Source: Felis catus (lineage: Eukaryota). Taken from it: a stretch of 64,000 nucleotides of DNA. Position 1 is the first letter of the stretch, and each line of letters opens with the position of its first letter. The notes beneath the pieces were generated by a model that saw only the letters and a list, made by a program, of their open reading frames with translations, did no database searches and was not told the origin of the DNA. A program made the position numbers and the translations under genes. Where the stretch lies: NCBI RefSeq assembly GCF_018350175.1, contig NC_058368.1:77378001-77442000 (forward strand), read 5' to 3'. Shown here in pieces: positions 12,026-25,000 of this stretch.

Positions 12026-13467
12026 GAGCACTTCTCAAAGGAAGGTGAGATTTACTGGGGATCCCCAAGAACTTTTGTTTGTGTGGGTCATAACTACGGA
12101 CATTTGTGATATTAGACTTTAAACTCATTAATATATTTACTTATTAATTTTTTAAAGGGGCACCTTAGGTGCTCAGTCAGTTGAGCTGAGCATCTGACTC
12201 TTGATTTCGACTCAGGTCATGATCTCATGGTTCATGGGTTCAAGCCCCACATCTGGCTCTGCGCTGGCTCTCCTTTCTCTCTCTCTCCCTCCCCTGCTCA
12301 CTTGCTCTCTCAAAATAAATAAATAAACTTTAAAATTTTTTCACAAATAATAATAACGAAACCATTATATGCTCAGGAAGACAACATCTCTGTATGAAAA
12401 TAACCATATTTTCCAACAAGTGAAAAAGTGAGAAGCATGACATTGGTTTGCGTTTTGCAAATCTCTCTAATGTCTGCCTTAACAGAAGATATCTGCTTTT
12501 GCATTCAATCTGTCGTAAGCTATTGTTTTGGCTTAGGTACAGGAGAAAAAAATCTGGCCTCGCACAAATATGAGGTTTGAGAAGAAAGGAGTATTAGCTC
12601 AACGTTTTCAGGTAACTCTGATGTTCTGCTTGGTTACTTCGGCAAAATTCACTAAGTGGTTGTTTCGGGAAGGTCAGGTGAAACACGGGACCTAACATCA
12701 CATCACGAACTTCCCATGTGCTTTTGCTTTAGAAGCACTTCAGTCTAGCTTGGGTTCTGGTTGGCTATTTTACCGGTGCACAATTTGCTAAATTATGCAG
12801 CTAAATATTCCTATATGATATTTTACAAACCACATTCGTTATTATCATAACTAATCTAATTAGAAAGCCTCTCAAACATTGGAAAACTGTTAAGCTTCAC
12901 AATGACAAACACCAGTTGTCCAAAAATTCTAATTTTTGCTCCAAACTCAACGTTTGGCAACAAATACCGTCAATTGTTTTTCTCGTGGCGATGAATTCAC
13001 TTTATTCATTTTGGAGAAAATGCCTGCCAGATACTCATATCTGAATAGCCAGTTTCTCTGTCAGTTTTTCTTTCAAGTAAAAATATTGTTCCATGAATCA
13101 AAGCTACCAGCTGCTAGTTCAGCTCGCAACTCAAGGAATATCATTACTTTTCCTGCAGACAACCATCCTTCTCTGGTTTTGAAGCAAAGGGCTTTGCGCA
13201 TACTTCCCACTTCATCACAGAGAATAACAAAAAGTAGTCACCCGAGGGTCAAGTATTAGTAAAAGTAATTGTTTTTACTGTGTAATTAAGAATGTATTTA
13301 AGTGAAATTAGCATTTCTTTTTAAAAATGGCGTGCTCATGCTGGTAAAAAATATATTGACCATTAGGCAAACAGCATCTTAGTGTAATGACAAAGGTACA
13401 TTTCCTTGCAGCTCAAAAAGGTCTCTGGGATCTGCAGAGACCTGCAGCCATGCTCTGAGAACCACGG
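12026..13467 (-). mobile_element. Charlie1-type hAT DNA transposon with transposase remnant
   Basis: Degenerate TIRs gagcacttctcaaag (12026) and ctgagaaccacgg (13467). Flanking 8-mers TGACAGAG and CTACAGAG resemble a hAT TSD. Minus strand near 13150-13230 reads LCDEVGSMRKALCFKTREGWLSAGK, like the Charlie LLHTEVRWLSRGK motif. Confidence 0.85.
12157..12335 (+). mobile_element. Can-SINE nested in Charlie1 (internally deleted)
   Basis: ggggcacc...gctcagtcagttgag head, short CT tract, aaataaataaataaa tail. Confidence 0.9.
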
Positions 13468-13477
13468 CTACAGAGAG

Positions 13478-13657
13478 CTGCGGTTCTCAGATCCATGTGC
13501 ATCGGGTTGGCCTGCAGTGCTCAGTGAAATGCAGATTTCTGGGCCCTACCACCAGAGATCCTGACCAGGTAGGTCTGGGTGAGCTCAAGAGTCTGTATTT
13601 CTGACAACTTGCCAGGTGGCGCTGCTGATTCTGGAGAACTCAGTTTGAGAACCAGTG
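13478..13657. mobile_element. MER5A/B (hAT-Charlie MITE)
   Basis: TIRs ctgcggttctca and tttgagaaccagtg; internal aaatgcagatttctgggccc...gtaggtctggg. Confidence 0.85.
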
Positions 13658-15805
13658 CTGCAGATGAAGGGAAATCCAGTCCTTAAACATACAACTTCTA
13701 CTTGGATGTTAAGATCCCTATCCATGCAGTTATAAGCACGTCCTATATCCTTGCACCATCTAGCATTGCATTTTGTACCAAATTAACATGTCCATAATTT
13801 GGGAATCAAAATCACTTGAGTGATGTTATTGCTATCTCCTTTTCAGACTGCCAACTTGGAAGAGAATAGGATATTAGAAATATGCCATGGACATGTTATC
13901 ATAAGCCAAGATCATGTTCAAGAACAACATAGCTTTTGCTCCCTGGGTGCTGCAATGTTTTCTGGAGCCAGAGAGAGGTGACAGCTTGGTTATGTCTATC
14001 TGACTCATAAAAACATTGTCTTTGAGGATGGGCTCTTTGAGTGTAGATCCCAGATTGCACTCGTGGCCTCAGTTTCCAGTGAAACTGAATGCGCTCTTGG
14101 TCTTATACAAGGAAATCTTACTGAAATAAGGAAGGGCTGCTTACCAAAGTTTCAGAACCGGTCTTCAAGGTTACCATGTCTAAATAACTCTAAGGTCACT
14201 TGAAGCTAAAAAAAAAAAAGGTTGATGGATGAGGAATGGTAAGGTAGACAAGTTCTCATTTCAAATATCAAAATAACTCAAAATGTCCACGCTTTAATTA
14301 CTTTTGTCAAACCACATATTTTAGATTCATCGAGTTCAGGAAAGGATGGTTAAACGTCATGAAAAATTGAAAATGTAGTTTTATTTCTGCAATGATGAAG
14401 TGACATTGCATTTCTCAGTACTCTGCTGTTAGCTGGTTCTTCAAAATTTATTGGCATGATATCCCAGTCAGCCTCAACGTCAATCAAACTTATTAAATAT
14501 TTGTTTTCTGCGAAGGAAAAACAACACGGACGTGAGACATCCTCATAATCAAGTGCATGAATGAATATTGAAAGAAGCAATTTTTAGGTGGCTGGTACCA
14601 AATGTGTCACTTTTCATTGCACTTATAAACAATATTCCTTGATCTTTAACACATTTTCTTTTCTCATAGATACCATTTTATATTAGGATAGTGCAAATAC
14701 ATTTTTATGTATTGTGGTTAGGTTTTAAGACATTCATTACACACTTCTGAATTACAGAAGGATTTAAGTATAAAACTTAATAGCATACCATCAAAGAAGG
14801 AGAATGAAATGCTGGAAAGAGAAGATGCTAAATCACACATTTTGGCTGTAGTGGCTGAATAATTCTCGCGAAAGAATAATGTCCAAGTTCTTAGGACCAA
14901 TGAAGGTTTTATTTATCTAAAATTATCACCACCAACATTGACTTTCAGAAAGTCACAGAACTAGAATAGGTCATTCTGGCTACTCTTGCCTATTTTCAAA
15001 CCAACGAGCTAAAGTACTTTAAATAATCGTGACCCATTACATGGTCACGTCCAATGTCAAGCTCGCCAGTTGGTGGCTAACACAACTCATCCACCTTCAA
15101 TAGATTTTGGTGTGCTTTGCCTTTCAAGTAAAGTTTTGTGCGAAGACATCAAGGCTCCCTCAGTAGCATAACTGAGGTTTTGCAAGCTGGTAAAATCCTG
15201 GCTTTCCCTGAAGGGGGCCTTTTAACATGGAGAAGTCATCAGAATATTGGATCCCTCGGTGATTCTGATGCAGCATCACCACGTGGGGCTAGCCTGCTGC
15301 CTCTGGGATGCCCACGCAGTCTCCGTTCATCTGAAAGGTGGCTCATTTAAGGACACGTGGGAGGCTTCTGCTGCAGTTGAAAACCCATATTGAAATAGCC
15401 CCAAATAAGTGCTTAATGGCAGCAGCCGTGAACCAGAACGAATGGACCTATCACACCCCGTTATCAACCGCCCCTTCTTCACCAGCTGCTGTTCCATCTG
15501 AGGCTTCAGGACTTTGGGCAGGAGGCAGCATGAGGAGGGCACAGAATAATTGCTTGGTGCTATTGGCTTCTCTGGATTAGCTTTGTATTTTTCTATCTTT
15601 GGAAGATTGCTTGTAAAGCATATGGCAAAGGAGAGGGAAAAAATAACGAATGTCTTCAAGAGGCAAATGTTCCAGAACTGTTGAGTGCGGTGAGTGCTGC
15701 GTGAATGGCTGCTCCAGGAATGTCCGTGGCCGAACCCCAACTTCCCAGATGTTTATGCTCCATGCTTCTCATTGCATTTCAGGGGAAAGATTGCTCAATA
15801 ATTTT

Positions 15806-16000
15806 ATTGATTTTTGGGACAGAGAGAGACAGAGCATGAACGGGGGAGGGGCAGAGAGAGAGGGAGACACAGAATCGGAAACAGGGTCCAGGCTCCGAGC
15901 CATCAGCCCAGAGCCTGACGCGGGGCTCGAACTCACAGACCGCGAGATCGTGACCTGGCTGAAGTCGGACGCTTAACCGACTGCGCCACCCAGGCGCCCC
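15806..16000 (-). mobile_element. young SINEC_Fc lacking a poly(A) tail
   Basis: CpG-rich, near consensus; perfect 14-bp TSD TGCTCAATAATTTT (15792-15805 and 16001-16014). Confidence 0.95.
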
Positions 16001-16123
16001 TGCTCAATAATTTTAAAAAATCAACTTCATAAAACAACTTTTACATATTTATTTTATGCATAAGCAACAGTAAAAATTTTTTGAGAAATATTGTATGTGT
16101 ATGTGATTCAGAAAATGTAGTCA

Positions 16124-16333
16124 GGAGCACCTGGGTGTCTCAGTCGGTTAAGTGTCTGACTTCGGCTCAGGCCATGATCTTGTGGTTGTGAGTTCAAGCC
16201 CTACATGGGGCTCTCTGCTGTCAGCAAGGAGCCTGCTTTGGATTTTCTTTCTACCTCTCTCTGTCCCTCCCCTGCTCTCACTTTATCTCTGTTTCTCTCA
16301 AAAATAAATGAATGTTAAAAAAAAAAAAAGAAA
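16124..16333 (+). mobile_element. Can-SINE
   Basis: Full element; TSD agaaaatgtagtca / agaaaatgttgtca (one mismatch). Confidence 0.92.
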
Positions 16334-16455
16334 AGAAAATGTTGTCAAAGTAGTTAATTCCATGAGGAAAAAGGTAGTCAGAGTTGACGCTTAGCATTGG
16401 GTAAACCAAAAATAGGTTATTGTCTGTGGTTTTCACTCTTTATTTGAATGTGTTA

Positions 16456-16571
16456 TGATCTCATGGGTGGTGAGTTCGAGTCCCACATCGGGCTCTGTGC
16501 TGACAGCTCAGAGCCTGGAACCTGCTTCGGATTCTGTGTCTCCCTCTCTGTCTGCCCCACCCCCCATTTGT

Positions 16572-16612
<41 letters not shown>

Positions 16613-16650
16613 AATAAATACAAACATTTAAAAAACTTAAAAAAAAAAAG
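16456..16650 (+). mobile_element. 5'-truncated Can-SINE with (CT)n tract
   Basis: Begins at tgatctc...gagttcgag; long CT repeat and A tail. Confidence 0.9.
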
Positions 16651-18564
16651 AAAATTAGAGGATGACAGTCTAAGGTTGGAATGATTAATTGTGAATTTTC
16701 TGTGATAGAATTAGCCTATTGACTATAATATGAAAAAAGACCAATATCAACCAAAGAGGGAAAAATCTGTACAGAGCTCAGAAAAATGGAAGTCAGAGAG
16801 TACAAAATTATAGTATTCATTCAACTTTCTCTCATATTTGAATTATTGAATCACTAGAGTAGCGTGCTCAATTTCAAGACCTGCAGAGTCCACTAGGTTT
16901 ATATATTATCTGGGACAATTATTTACTAACACTGTTGAACATTTGCTCTGATGCCCCCCTGTGCTGAAAACTGCAGAGTGAACCTGTAAATTCTGCATAG
17001 TAAGTTCAAGTATTTTGATCTCTGTAAAACACACGTTCTTCTTCAATATTATAACTTGGGTTACTGGCCCATACATTGATCTCTTGTAAGTTGGTCCTCC
17101 AAATCTCCCCCCTTCTAATATACTGGTAAATATCAAGCTTCTGCACATGGAGTCTGAGAACCCAAACCTTTCACATGGGGACCCCATTGAATCCTTTACG
17201 ACCAGGGAAGTCCTAACTGAACAGACAGCCAGTCATTATCCTCTTTGTTCTAACCACATCAATAAATTAAATGTTGCTCTGAAGTCACTATTGCCAACCC
17301 CTAATTATGCACCTGCATCCTATAATTTCTGGAACCTTGGACCGAGCATAAAGGTGAGCGCACATGAGTAACTGCGGTGTCCTTTGTGTGTCCACACTTC
17401 TTGGGATAGGATTTGGGGTTTTGCCACACTTCCTAGAAACCTGTGTCATTGCAAGCCTCCTCTGTATTCTTGCTTCAAGGAGAGTCGAGGAAGGTACGCA
17501 CTGAAGATGATGCCCTGAGTCAGGCTCTGGACAAGGCTCATGAGCTTTTTGGCCACACAGCCACCATGTGGCAATCTGTTGTCATCTGTCCTCGCAGGTT
17601 GTGGTGAGAAGCAACCCCTGGCAGCTTGGGTCCTACAGATCTACAAAAGTCACAGTTGAATATGTTGCTTCCAGTACAATGGCGGGAATAACGGTTTTGT
17701 CCCGTTGTTGGAAGTGAGTATTTACAACCCACCAATTGTGTGCTCCTGATGCTCTTTGGAGTTACCACTGTGTGAGGGAGGTGGTGTGCCAGGTTAAGGT
17801 GAAGTCCCTGCTCAGAGAGCAACTAGGTGTGGTTTTGAAGAAGGAACATGACCTTAGAGAGTATCTTAGGGACTGGAAAATGGGTCTCAGCTCCCAAGTC
17901 ATTTCCAGATGATTGGTTGTAGCCTCCAACCCAGTGGCTCAAGTTCTGTGTTAGGGCAAGACTGAAGTTCTATCCAGACTCAATGCTAAAAGGGCCCTGC
18001 TGATTGGTCATGTTGGCCATGTATGTCAAAGCATCTCTTGAAATATCTTCCAAGTGTAAGCCATTCCTAGGCTTGTTCGAGCCTCTCACTTTTCAGCTGG
18101 GGAAAGAGATTTATAAAGTGCCTGCATTCTCCTTTACCAACCCAAAATAGATCAGAGGAAGAGAAAAGAATCATTGACTTCCTAACCTTGGGGATAGCTG
18201 CTCTTTCATTAGCCTCTTTGCTATGAACAATAAAAATAATCACTCCTCACAGGGAATTCTGTTGGATCTGGAAGTTCAGCATCTCTGGATTAGCTATGCC
18301 ATTGTGATAAAGACGTTGAGCTACAGTCTACCCCCAAGTCTTAGTGAATATTTAGGAGTTGAGAGTTTTTTGTCGAGAGTTGTTTGTTGTAATGTTTAAT
18401 TGAGGTCCTACAGATTATTAAAAATTACATTGGCGAGACATACTATATGAGGAGGAAATCAGGGACTTTTTTGAAGAGCCGGTGGTGTGCAGATAAGTAT
18501 TTGATGAAGGGGTTGAATGCCATGCAGGATGCTGGAATCACTCAGGGTTTCTCATGCCTCAGAT

Positions 18565-18785
18565 CAGGGTTTCTCCATCTCGACACTATTGAAATTCGGG
18601 GCTGGGTCCTTCTTTGTAGTGGGGTTCGTCTTGGGTGCTGTAGGATATAGTAAGCAGCATCCCTGGCCCCTACTCATTAGATGTAAGGAGTACCCCTCTA
18701 TCCAAGTTGTCAAGACTGAAAATGTTTCCACATATTGCCACACGTCCCTTGGGGGGCAAAATCATCCCAGTGAAGAGCCATGCTG
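18565..18785 (-). mobile_element. MER20 (hAT-Charlie MITE)
   Basis: cagggtttctc...cactattga...gcagcatccctggcccctactcattagatg...ggggggcaaaatca. Confidence 0.85.
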
Positions 18786-19009
18786 ATCTAACTACATCAG
18801 TAGCTAGAAGCCTCTGGGAATTAGCAAGGAAGGAAGTACATGATGAAGACTTTAAGGGAGATTAATTTGTCATCTCTAGCAGATGGATTCTTTGTTTAAA
18901 CTTTATAAACTATCTATTTGTATGGTATTTGAGAGTGTTTTCAATGGATGCTTATAAAGGAATCTAGTAGAAGAAGAAATGACTTTTAAGAAGCCATTTC
19001 ATTCATTAT

Positions 19010-19125
19010 TGTGGTTGTTCATTCAAAAATATTTATTGGGTACCCAACATGTATCATACACGGGGAATAACAGGGTGTTGGGAAGCGTGGTCCCTCCATA
19101 CATGGGGCTGATGGTCTACACGACA
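19010..19125 (-). mobile_element. L2 3' end fragment
   Basis: ttcattcaaaaatatttattgggtacc. Confidence 0.55.
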
Positions 19126-19149
19126 CGCAAGTGACCAACGGCGACACAA

Positions 19150-19320
19150 CAGTGGTTCTTGTGAGTTAGCAGAATCAGAATCACCCGGAAGGCTTGTTCA
19201 ACCATAGATTGCTGGGTTCCCCTCCCAGTACTACCGATTCAGTACGTCTGAGATGGGGCCAGAGAATCTGCATTCTAATCTGATGCTGCTGCCCAAGGAG
19301 GTAAACTCTAAGGACCATGG
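19150..19320. mobile_element. MER5A
   Basis: cagtggttct...atcagaatcacc...agattgctggg...gattcagta...gaatctgcattctaa. Confidence 0.85.
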
Positions 19321-19482
19321 CGGTAGAGTGTGCAGGTCGACTGACGAGGGCATGATCAGTTGCAGTGGAAGCTGGCCTAAAGTATGGGGTGCGATTTGGC
19401 GAGGTGAATGGAGGAGGGTTCCAGGCATAAGTCTAGAACAGAGGCCCAACATGGCACATAAAAAATACATTTTCCACATTTG

Positions 19483-19694
19483 TTTTTTTTTTATGTTTAT
19501 TTTTGAGAGAGAGAGAGAGAGACAGAGCATGAATGGGGGAGGGGCAGAGAGAGAGGGTGACACAGAATCCGAAGCAGGCTCCAGGCTCCGAGCTGTCAGC
19601 ACAGAGCCCGACGCGGGGCTCGAACTCACGAACCACAAGATCATGACCTGAGCTGAAGTCACACGCATAACCGATGGAACCACCCAGGCGTCCC
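19483..19694 (-). mobile_element. Can-SINE (SINEC_Fc type)
   Basis: Reverse-complement full element; degenerate TSD tttccacattt / ttttcacattt. Confidence 0.93.
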
Positions 19695-22690
19695 ATGTTT
19701 TTCACATTTCTTAACAGAAAGCTTTTACCAAAGCTTGTGACATTATGTCGGTGTTATTCATAGATAGACTTTCAGCGCAGCAAATATAAAGCTGTGTCTT
19801 GTAGACATGAAAATACACACAGAAATATTAGGAAAAAGCATTTGTCATAATATTGATCACACTGTAATTTAATTGTCTATTTATTTGCACGGCTTTCCAA
19901 CTGGACTGGGAGCGGAGGTTTGGATGGGTTTATTGTAACCCGGCCCCAAGCCCAGTGCTCAGCACAGGGAGGTGTCCTCTCATCTGGACAGCACTAAACA
20001 CATATTAATCACATATTTTCCTTACATTTTTGTTTCCTAGACACCATACCCAGTGTTTTTATTTTCAGGCTGCAACTTGAAAATGCTAACACCACCATGA
20101 TTTCCCCCAAATGTATCAATATGCACCTCTCTTCATTTCCCCTTCCCACTGTCATGGGAATCTTGTCCCCAGACAACGTTATAAACTGAAGAACTTAAGC
20201 CAGAAGAGCTCAGATGTACTGAGCTAGATGTTAGGTATATTGACTTTTAAACATGGAGCATCAGAGGTCACTTCAGCAATTGTCTTGTCCAGAACCTTCC
20301 CTGTGACAGCTGACAAGCAGGCTCATTCGATTCAGCCATTTGACTCAGAGCACTTAACTAGGCACAGGAATCCCTGGGACACAAATCCAAGTCTCCAGAA
20401 GCCCATTCAAATGTTCTTATTTCTCGGTCAACGTGGTCATCTCCGATGGTACCATTAACTGTGTATGATTTGATAAGATAGGTTAAGTACTACCGGCAAC
20501 GGACTCCCCAAAAAGCTCTGCAATGTCTAAGGAGGGTTGGGTCTGCTCTAAAAGGAGTCATCCTCATTCCCCTCTCTGTGAAGGCCCCTTGCGTGTTCAC
20601 TGAGGCACGTGCATACAGGTGAGACGAGAAGAGACCCATTTATCCCCGGAGAAGACGAATCACAGTCTCCATTGTCTGACATGTCTGCTTCTTGCGGAGT
20701 GCGTTCAGGGTGGTGGGATCCAGGATTCTGTTCCTGCTCTGGACACAATCTTCAACAACCCCAGTCTTAGGAGAGTGTGGAGTTTCTGATGGCTCCCTTA
20801 AATCATTCTCTATTCCAAATGCTTTATAACTGCCTGGCAATTCCCCAAAAGGTTAATTTGGTAATATTTTGGTGGCGAAAGCAACCGGTCTTTTAAATGA
20901 TTGCAGCTGAGGACGTCTCAAACTGTCATAACGCTTTGTGCTTACCAAGAGTTTTTCCTCACCGGGGGTCACGGCGCTCCGCAGGACACTCAGAACCACC
21001 CACTGCACTAGAATTTCAGCTTCTGTGTCTGAAAGTCTTTACTCAGAACCTGACCACAGTTTGTTTCCTAACCTTCTTCATTGGAAAGTGAAGCAGTTCT
21101 GTTAAATTTGTCATGGCCTTTTCTACATGCGAATACTAAAATCTGGTACTTTTGAATATTGGGATGGTTGTTGGTAACATCCCATCGTACGCTCTGCTCT
21201 TAAAATGCAATACACATCACATTTCCCTCTTCCACCTTGGATTATCTTGTTCTTCCACGCATTATGTGAATTTCTTAAAATGCACTTAACATGCGCTATC
21301 AGTGCATTGTAAAACAATATGGCCCAAACGGTGAAAGGGGCCTTGAGAGAACAAAGTCCTTTTCTAGCTCTTCGCTTCATTAAACAGTCTGAAGGGCCCA
21401 TCTAAAGGGCAGAGCCTTGAATGGTCAGGTTATCACAACGAAAACCACAGCCCCGCGGAACCTACTTCAGCCAAGAGACCCCTCGGTGCCTGCACGTAGA
21501 TGATAAAAAAGAACAAAGCCCCAACCCATTCAAAAGGGAAGAATTCACTCAGCTGGGCTTCACTGTGAACGCAGAGTTTAGAACGTTCTTAAAGCGCAAC
21601 AGAATGGAGGAAATGATTTACTCCCGTGTTATTCTAAACTTCGAAAAAAATCGCGTCCAACTGGGGGCCTCTGGTTTTGAGGGTAACTGCATCAAGGTAA
21701 TTGATAGGCACATAGGTCACAATCATGAAGGTGACCTATCCGATCTTGATTATAGGCACAGATACGGATAACAGGATGGGCTTTTCAATAGCAGCCGGCA
21801 TTTTACTCTTGCCTGTGCCCCTGTTATGAATAAAATAAATTGTAAGGTGACCAATGGACGGCATCATATACATTACTGATAAATCCTGCTCAGAAAAGAC
21901 GTTTTGATAAGTATTATGAGCTTTTGGAATTCTACTGACCCAGGCATGCAGTAAAAGAGATAAGGAGCCTTTATTGCTTACTTTTGCAGGTGGACATTTG
22001 ACTAGTTCTTTACCAAGTTAACATATATGATAAAACCTTTTGATCTTCTCTTGGTGAGATAGGAAGAAAATAAATTACAAATATTTATGTAGTGTCTAAT
22101 GTCCCAGGCAGGGTGGTTGTAAAATATGGAGACCTACTTAATAAGTAGCAAAATACTAGGCATTTTTTGAATAGAAGGGTTGCTGTCTGTCTCAGCATTG
22201 TTCAGTTCCTGCAGCAAACAAAATGGACGCTAGACAAGTAATTTAAATATATAAATAATGAATTTCTTACTAATGGGGAAGTTACCCTATTCGTGATATT
22301 TATTGTCAACTTAATAGTTACAAAGCTTTAACGGTGCTTAAGAACTTCTGCTTTTGTTTATATAATAATCAGGGTAAGACTGTATGAGTTTCGTTAACGG
22401 ATCCTGATGATTATTCTGTGTTATGTATTATATGCTTTGGAAGTATGGACAGGAGTCAGTCTGTCGCTAGGCACAAAGGCTTTCCTCAGTGATACTTGCT
22501 GTTAGGATACAGGATACGGCCTTTGAGAGGAAAAAAGAGAGTTGTTTCTGAGTCTCGCTCCCACATACAAATCTTCAAAAAATAAAACTTTATTTTTTGT
22601 GGTGGGAAAAAGTGTTACAAAAGGAGGTGATACATAAATTGAAAGACAAGAAAATAAGCAAGTGTTATTTGTTTGTTTGCTTGGTGTTAA

Positions 22691-22718
<28 letters not shown>
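22691..22718 (+). repeat. (AC)14 microsatellite
   Basis: Read directly. Confidence 0.95.
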
Positions 22719-22721
<3 letters not shown>

Positions 22722-23782
22722 TGCATGCAATTATCCTGCAAAAGCATTCTGCTTAATGCTAAAACGTCAATGCACCTGGCCCACACACTCCATTCTCCTC
22801 TTCTATTCTTAAAGCTCCCCTAATCCCTTTATATTGTTCCCACTTCAGATGCTCTATATAGCTGAGAGTGATTTGAACTGAAATGGAATTCTTAGTAGGC
22901 ATAATTTTCTCCACCTTTATAAAGAAGAATTCTGGGCCAGAATCTGATGAGCGGATCCTTTGCTTCTGCAACAGTTAGATAAGCTTAGGGCTGATTCACT
23001 CCTTGCTAGAAGAGACTGAGCCTGAGAAAAGCAAGCCTTAGCCTATATCAAATGCCCTTAGCCCCTGTTTACATATATTTCTGTTTTCTTTAAGTCGAAA
23101 CCCAATTTATAGAAACCATTGTTTTCCGGGTCATATATCGCAGTAATCATTAGGAAACTCGATCTGTGATGTTTGTTTAAAGTCCTCTCATGGGCCCAAA
23201 TGTCTGTCTCGGGTTTTGTGCTCACATTTCCTGCACCTTTATGTGATCTTTATTGAGTCAGAGGATCTGTGTGTTGCCCGTGGGAGCAGGGACACGGCCT
23301 CTGGAGTCATCTCAACTGGCGGTTTAGCTATGCAGAGACTGCTTGCCCTGACATCCTGACATTCTGCTGTAAATATATCTAATCTTGTGGAAGCTCAGAA
23401 ATCTGGCTGGGCTGGGGCGCCTCCAGCTTATGTCGGTGTCTTCCAGCAGCATCTTCCATATGGGTCACTTTCCTAATATCATCCATTCTGTGTAGAATGG
23501 GTTGGGGAAATATAGAAATGATGTTGAAAACCTGAGCACAGACACAATGAGGATATGATGAAGCAATTTGCAAGCACGGGGCCTGGCACAGAGCTGGAGA
23601 CAAATTAATGTCGAATGGAAATGACCGGCCATTTGTGAGTTTCATTTTTTCTTGCAACTTCATGGGTTTTCTAGAGCAGGGCTCTATTATTTGACCCCTT
23701 TTTTTCTTCATCAGAGTGCTATCATGAAATTAATTAAACAAAGTGTTAGCTTTGGTTTACCATACCCAGTAATGTAAAAAAG

Positions 23783-23820
23783 TCAATCAATCAATCAATC
23801 AATCATTCAATCAATCAATC
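23783..23820 (+). repeat. (TCAA)n microsatellite
   Basis: tcaatcaatcaatcaatcaatcattcaatcaatcaatc. Confidence 0.9.
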
Positions 23821-24639
23821 CTGTCTCATAGAGAATGATCTATAACTTATGTCAACATAGGTTCCCAAGAAAACTAAATTTTCGTGATGGAGAACACCCA
23901 TCAGATTACTTTCATAGACTTTTGCTCTTTTTTTTCCCATTAGGGCTCAGTACCCGATTATCATTAATTCCACTCTATTTTCCTTAAAGCCAAAGGCATG
24001 TAGAATACGACTTACTTCCAAGTTTCACTGCAATACATTTAATTTTTGTGTTTCATTAACAAAATGGCAATACAATTGACACTAAATTTATGTAGCCAGG
24101 CAGAGACTGTGTCTGAGATGTTTGATAGTGTTATGTCAGCAGGATGAAATATATTGTTTGACAAAATCCTCCTTATGATATATGACACTTAGATTTGCTG
24201 CCGCACATTTTATCATCGCTAAAACATGATTTATATAGTGTTCTCCATCACTGAAATAAAACCCTGAGCAAATCCCCCTCACTGTATATCTAGGTCTTTC
24301 ACCTTATTAATGATCTTTTGTGGCTGAGAAGAGTGAGTGCTAATAAGAGCTCTATGCAGATTATAATATAGTCATAAATAATTGCCTTCTAAGGTTGTGT
24401 ACATGGTGCTTTCCTCCCCACTTGAAGTTATAGGAGGATAAACATAAGAGAACACAAAGACGGTGTTCTCAGAGCTTCATGTAGACAATTGGATGAATCG
24501 AATCAAATGGAAATCAGCAAAACCTTTTCCTCCCCGCTCCAGACGATCTTTGAGCGTCATAGAACACATCTTCATTTCCCTTCTCCGTGGAGCCATCTTG
24601 GTGCTGTTTCCAAAATTCCTTTGCTCAGCCACCTGACTC

Positions 24640-25000
24640 GCCATTTCCAAAATACTTTCGCCTTTATCCTAGCTGCCCCTGTGCCTGGGAGGGTTTTCGT
24701 GAGTTCTTCATCACGTAATGAAATTCTGCTCAACTCCAGTGAAACATCCTTCTTCTTGGAAGCCCTCCTTACGTCCTGCACACAGAACTGAGCGCTCCAT
24801 CTTGTGAATTCCTATAGCGATATCTGTATCATATCTTATCTATCTATCTATCTATCAGCACATTCAGTAATGCTGTTTACATGCATTATTCTTCAAAGCA
24901 CATGCTTGTCAAGCTTGTAGTCCTATCGGATCACAAAATGTCTGGCATTAGGCACTTAACAGGTAGTCTGATGAAGGAAGGAAGGAACGAAATGGAATAA
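24640..25000 (+). mobile_element. L2 3' fragment
   Basis: gctgcccctgtgcctggga...ggaagccctccttac...tgtctggcattaggcacttaa, ending in gaaggaaggaa. Confidence 0.5.

Noticed and set aside
13841..13980. Acceptor-like ttttcag followed by a roughly 44-codon open frame
   Set aside because: It ends in a stop without a convincing donor, and the peptide is not recognisable.
21421..21771. 116-aa ATG-initiated ORF in unique sequence
   Set aside because: No recognisable homology or clear splice signals; ORFs of this length are expected by chance. PhyloCSF or BLASTP would settle it.
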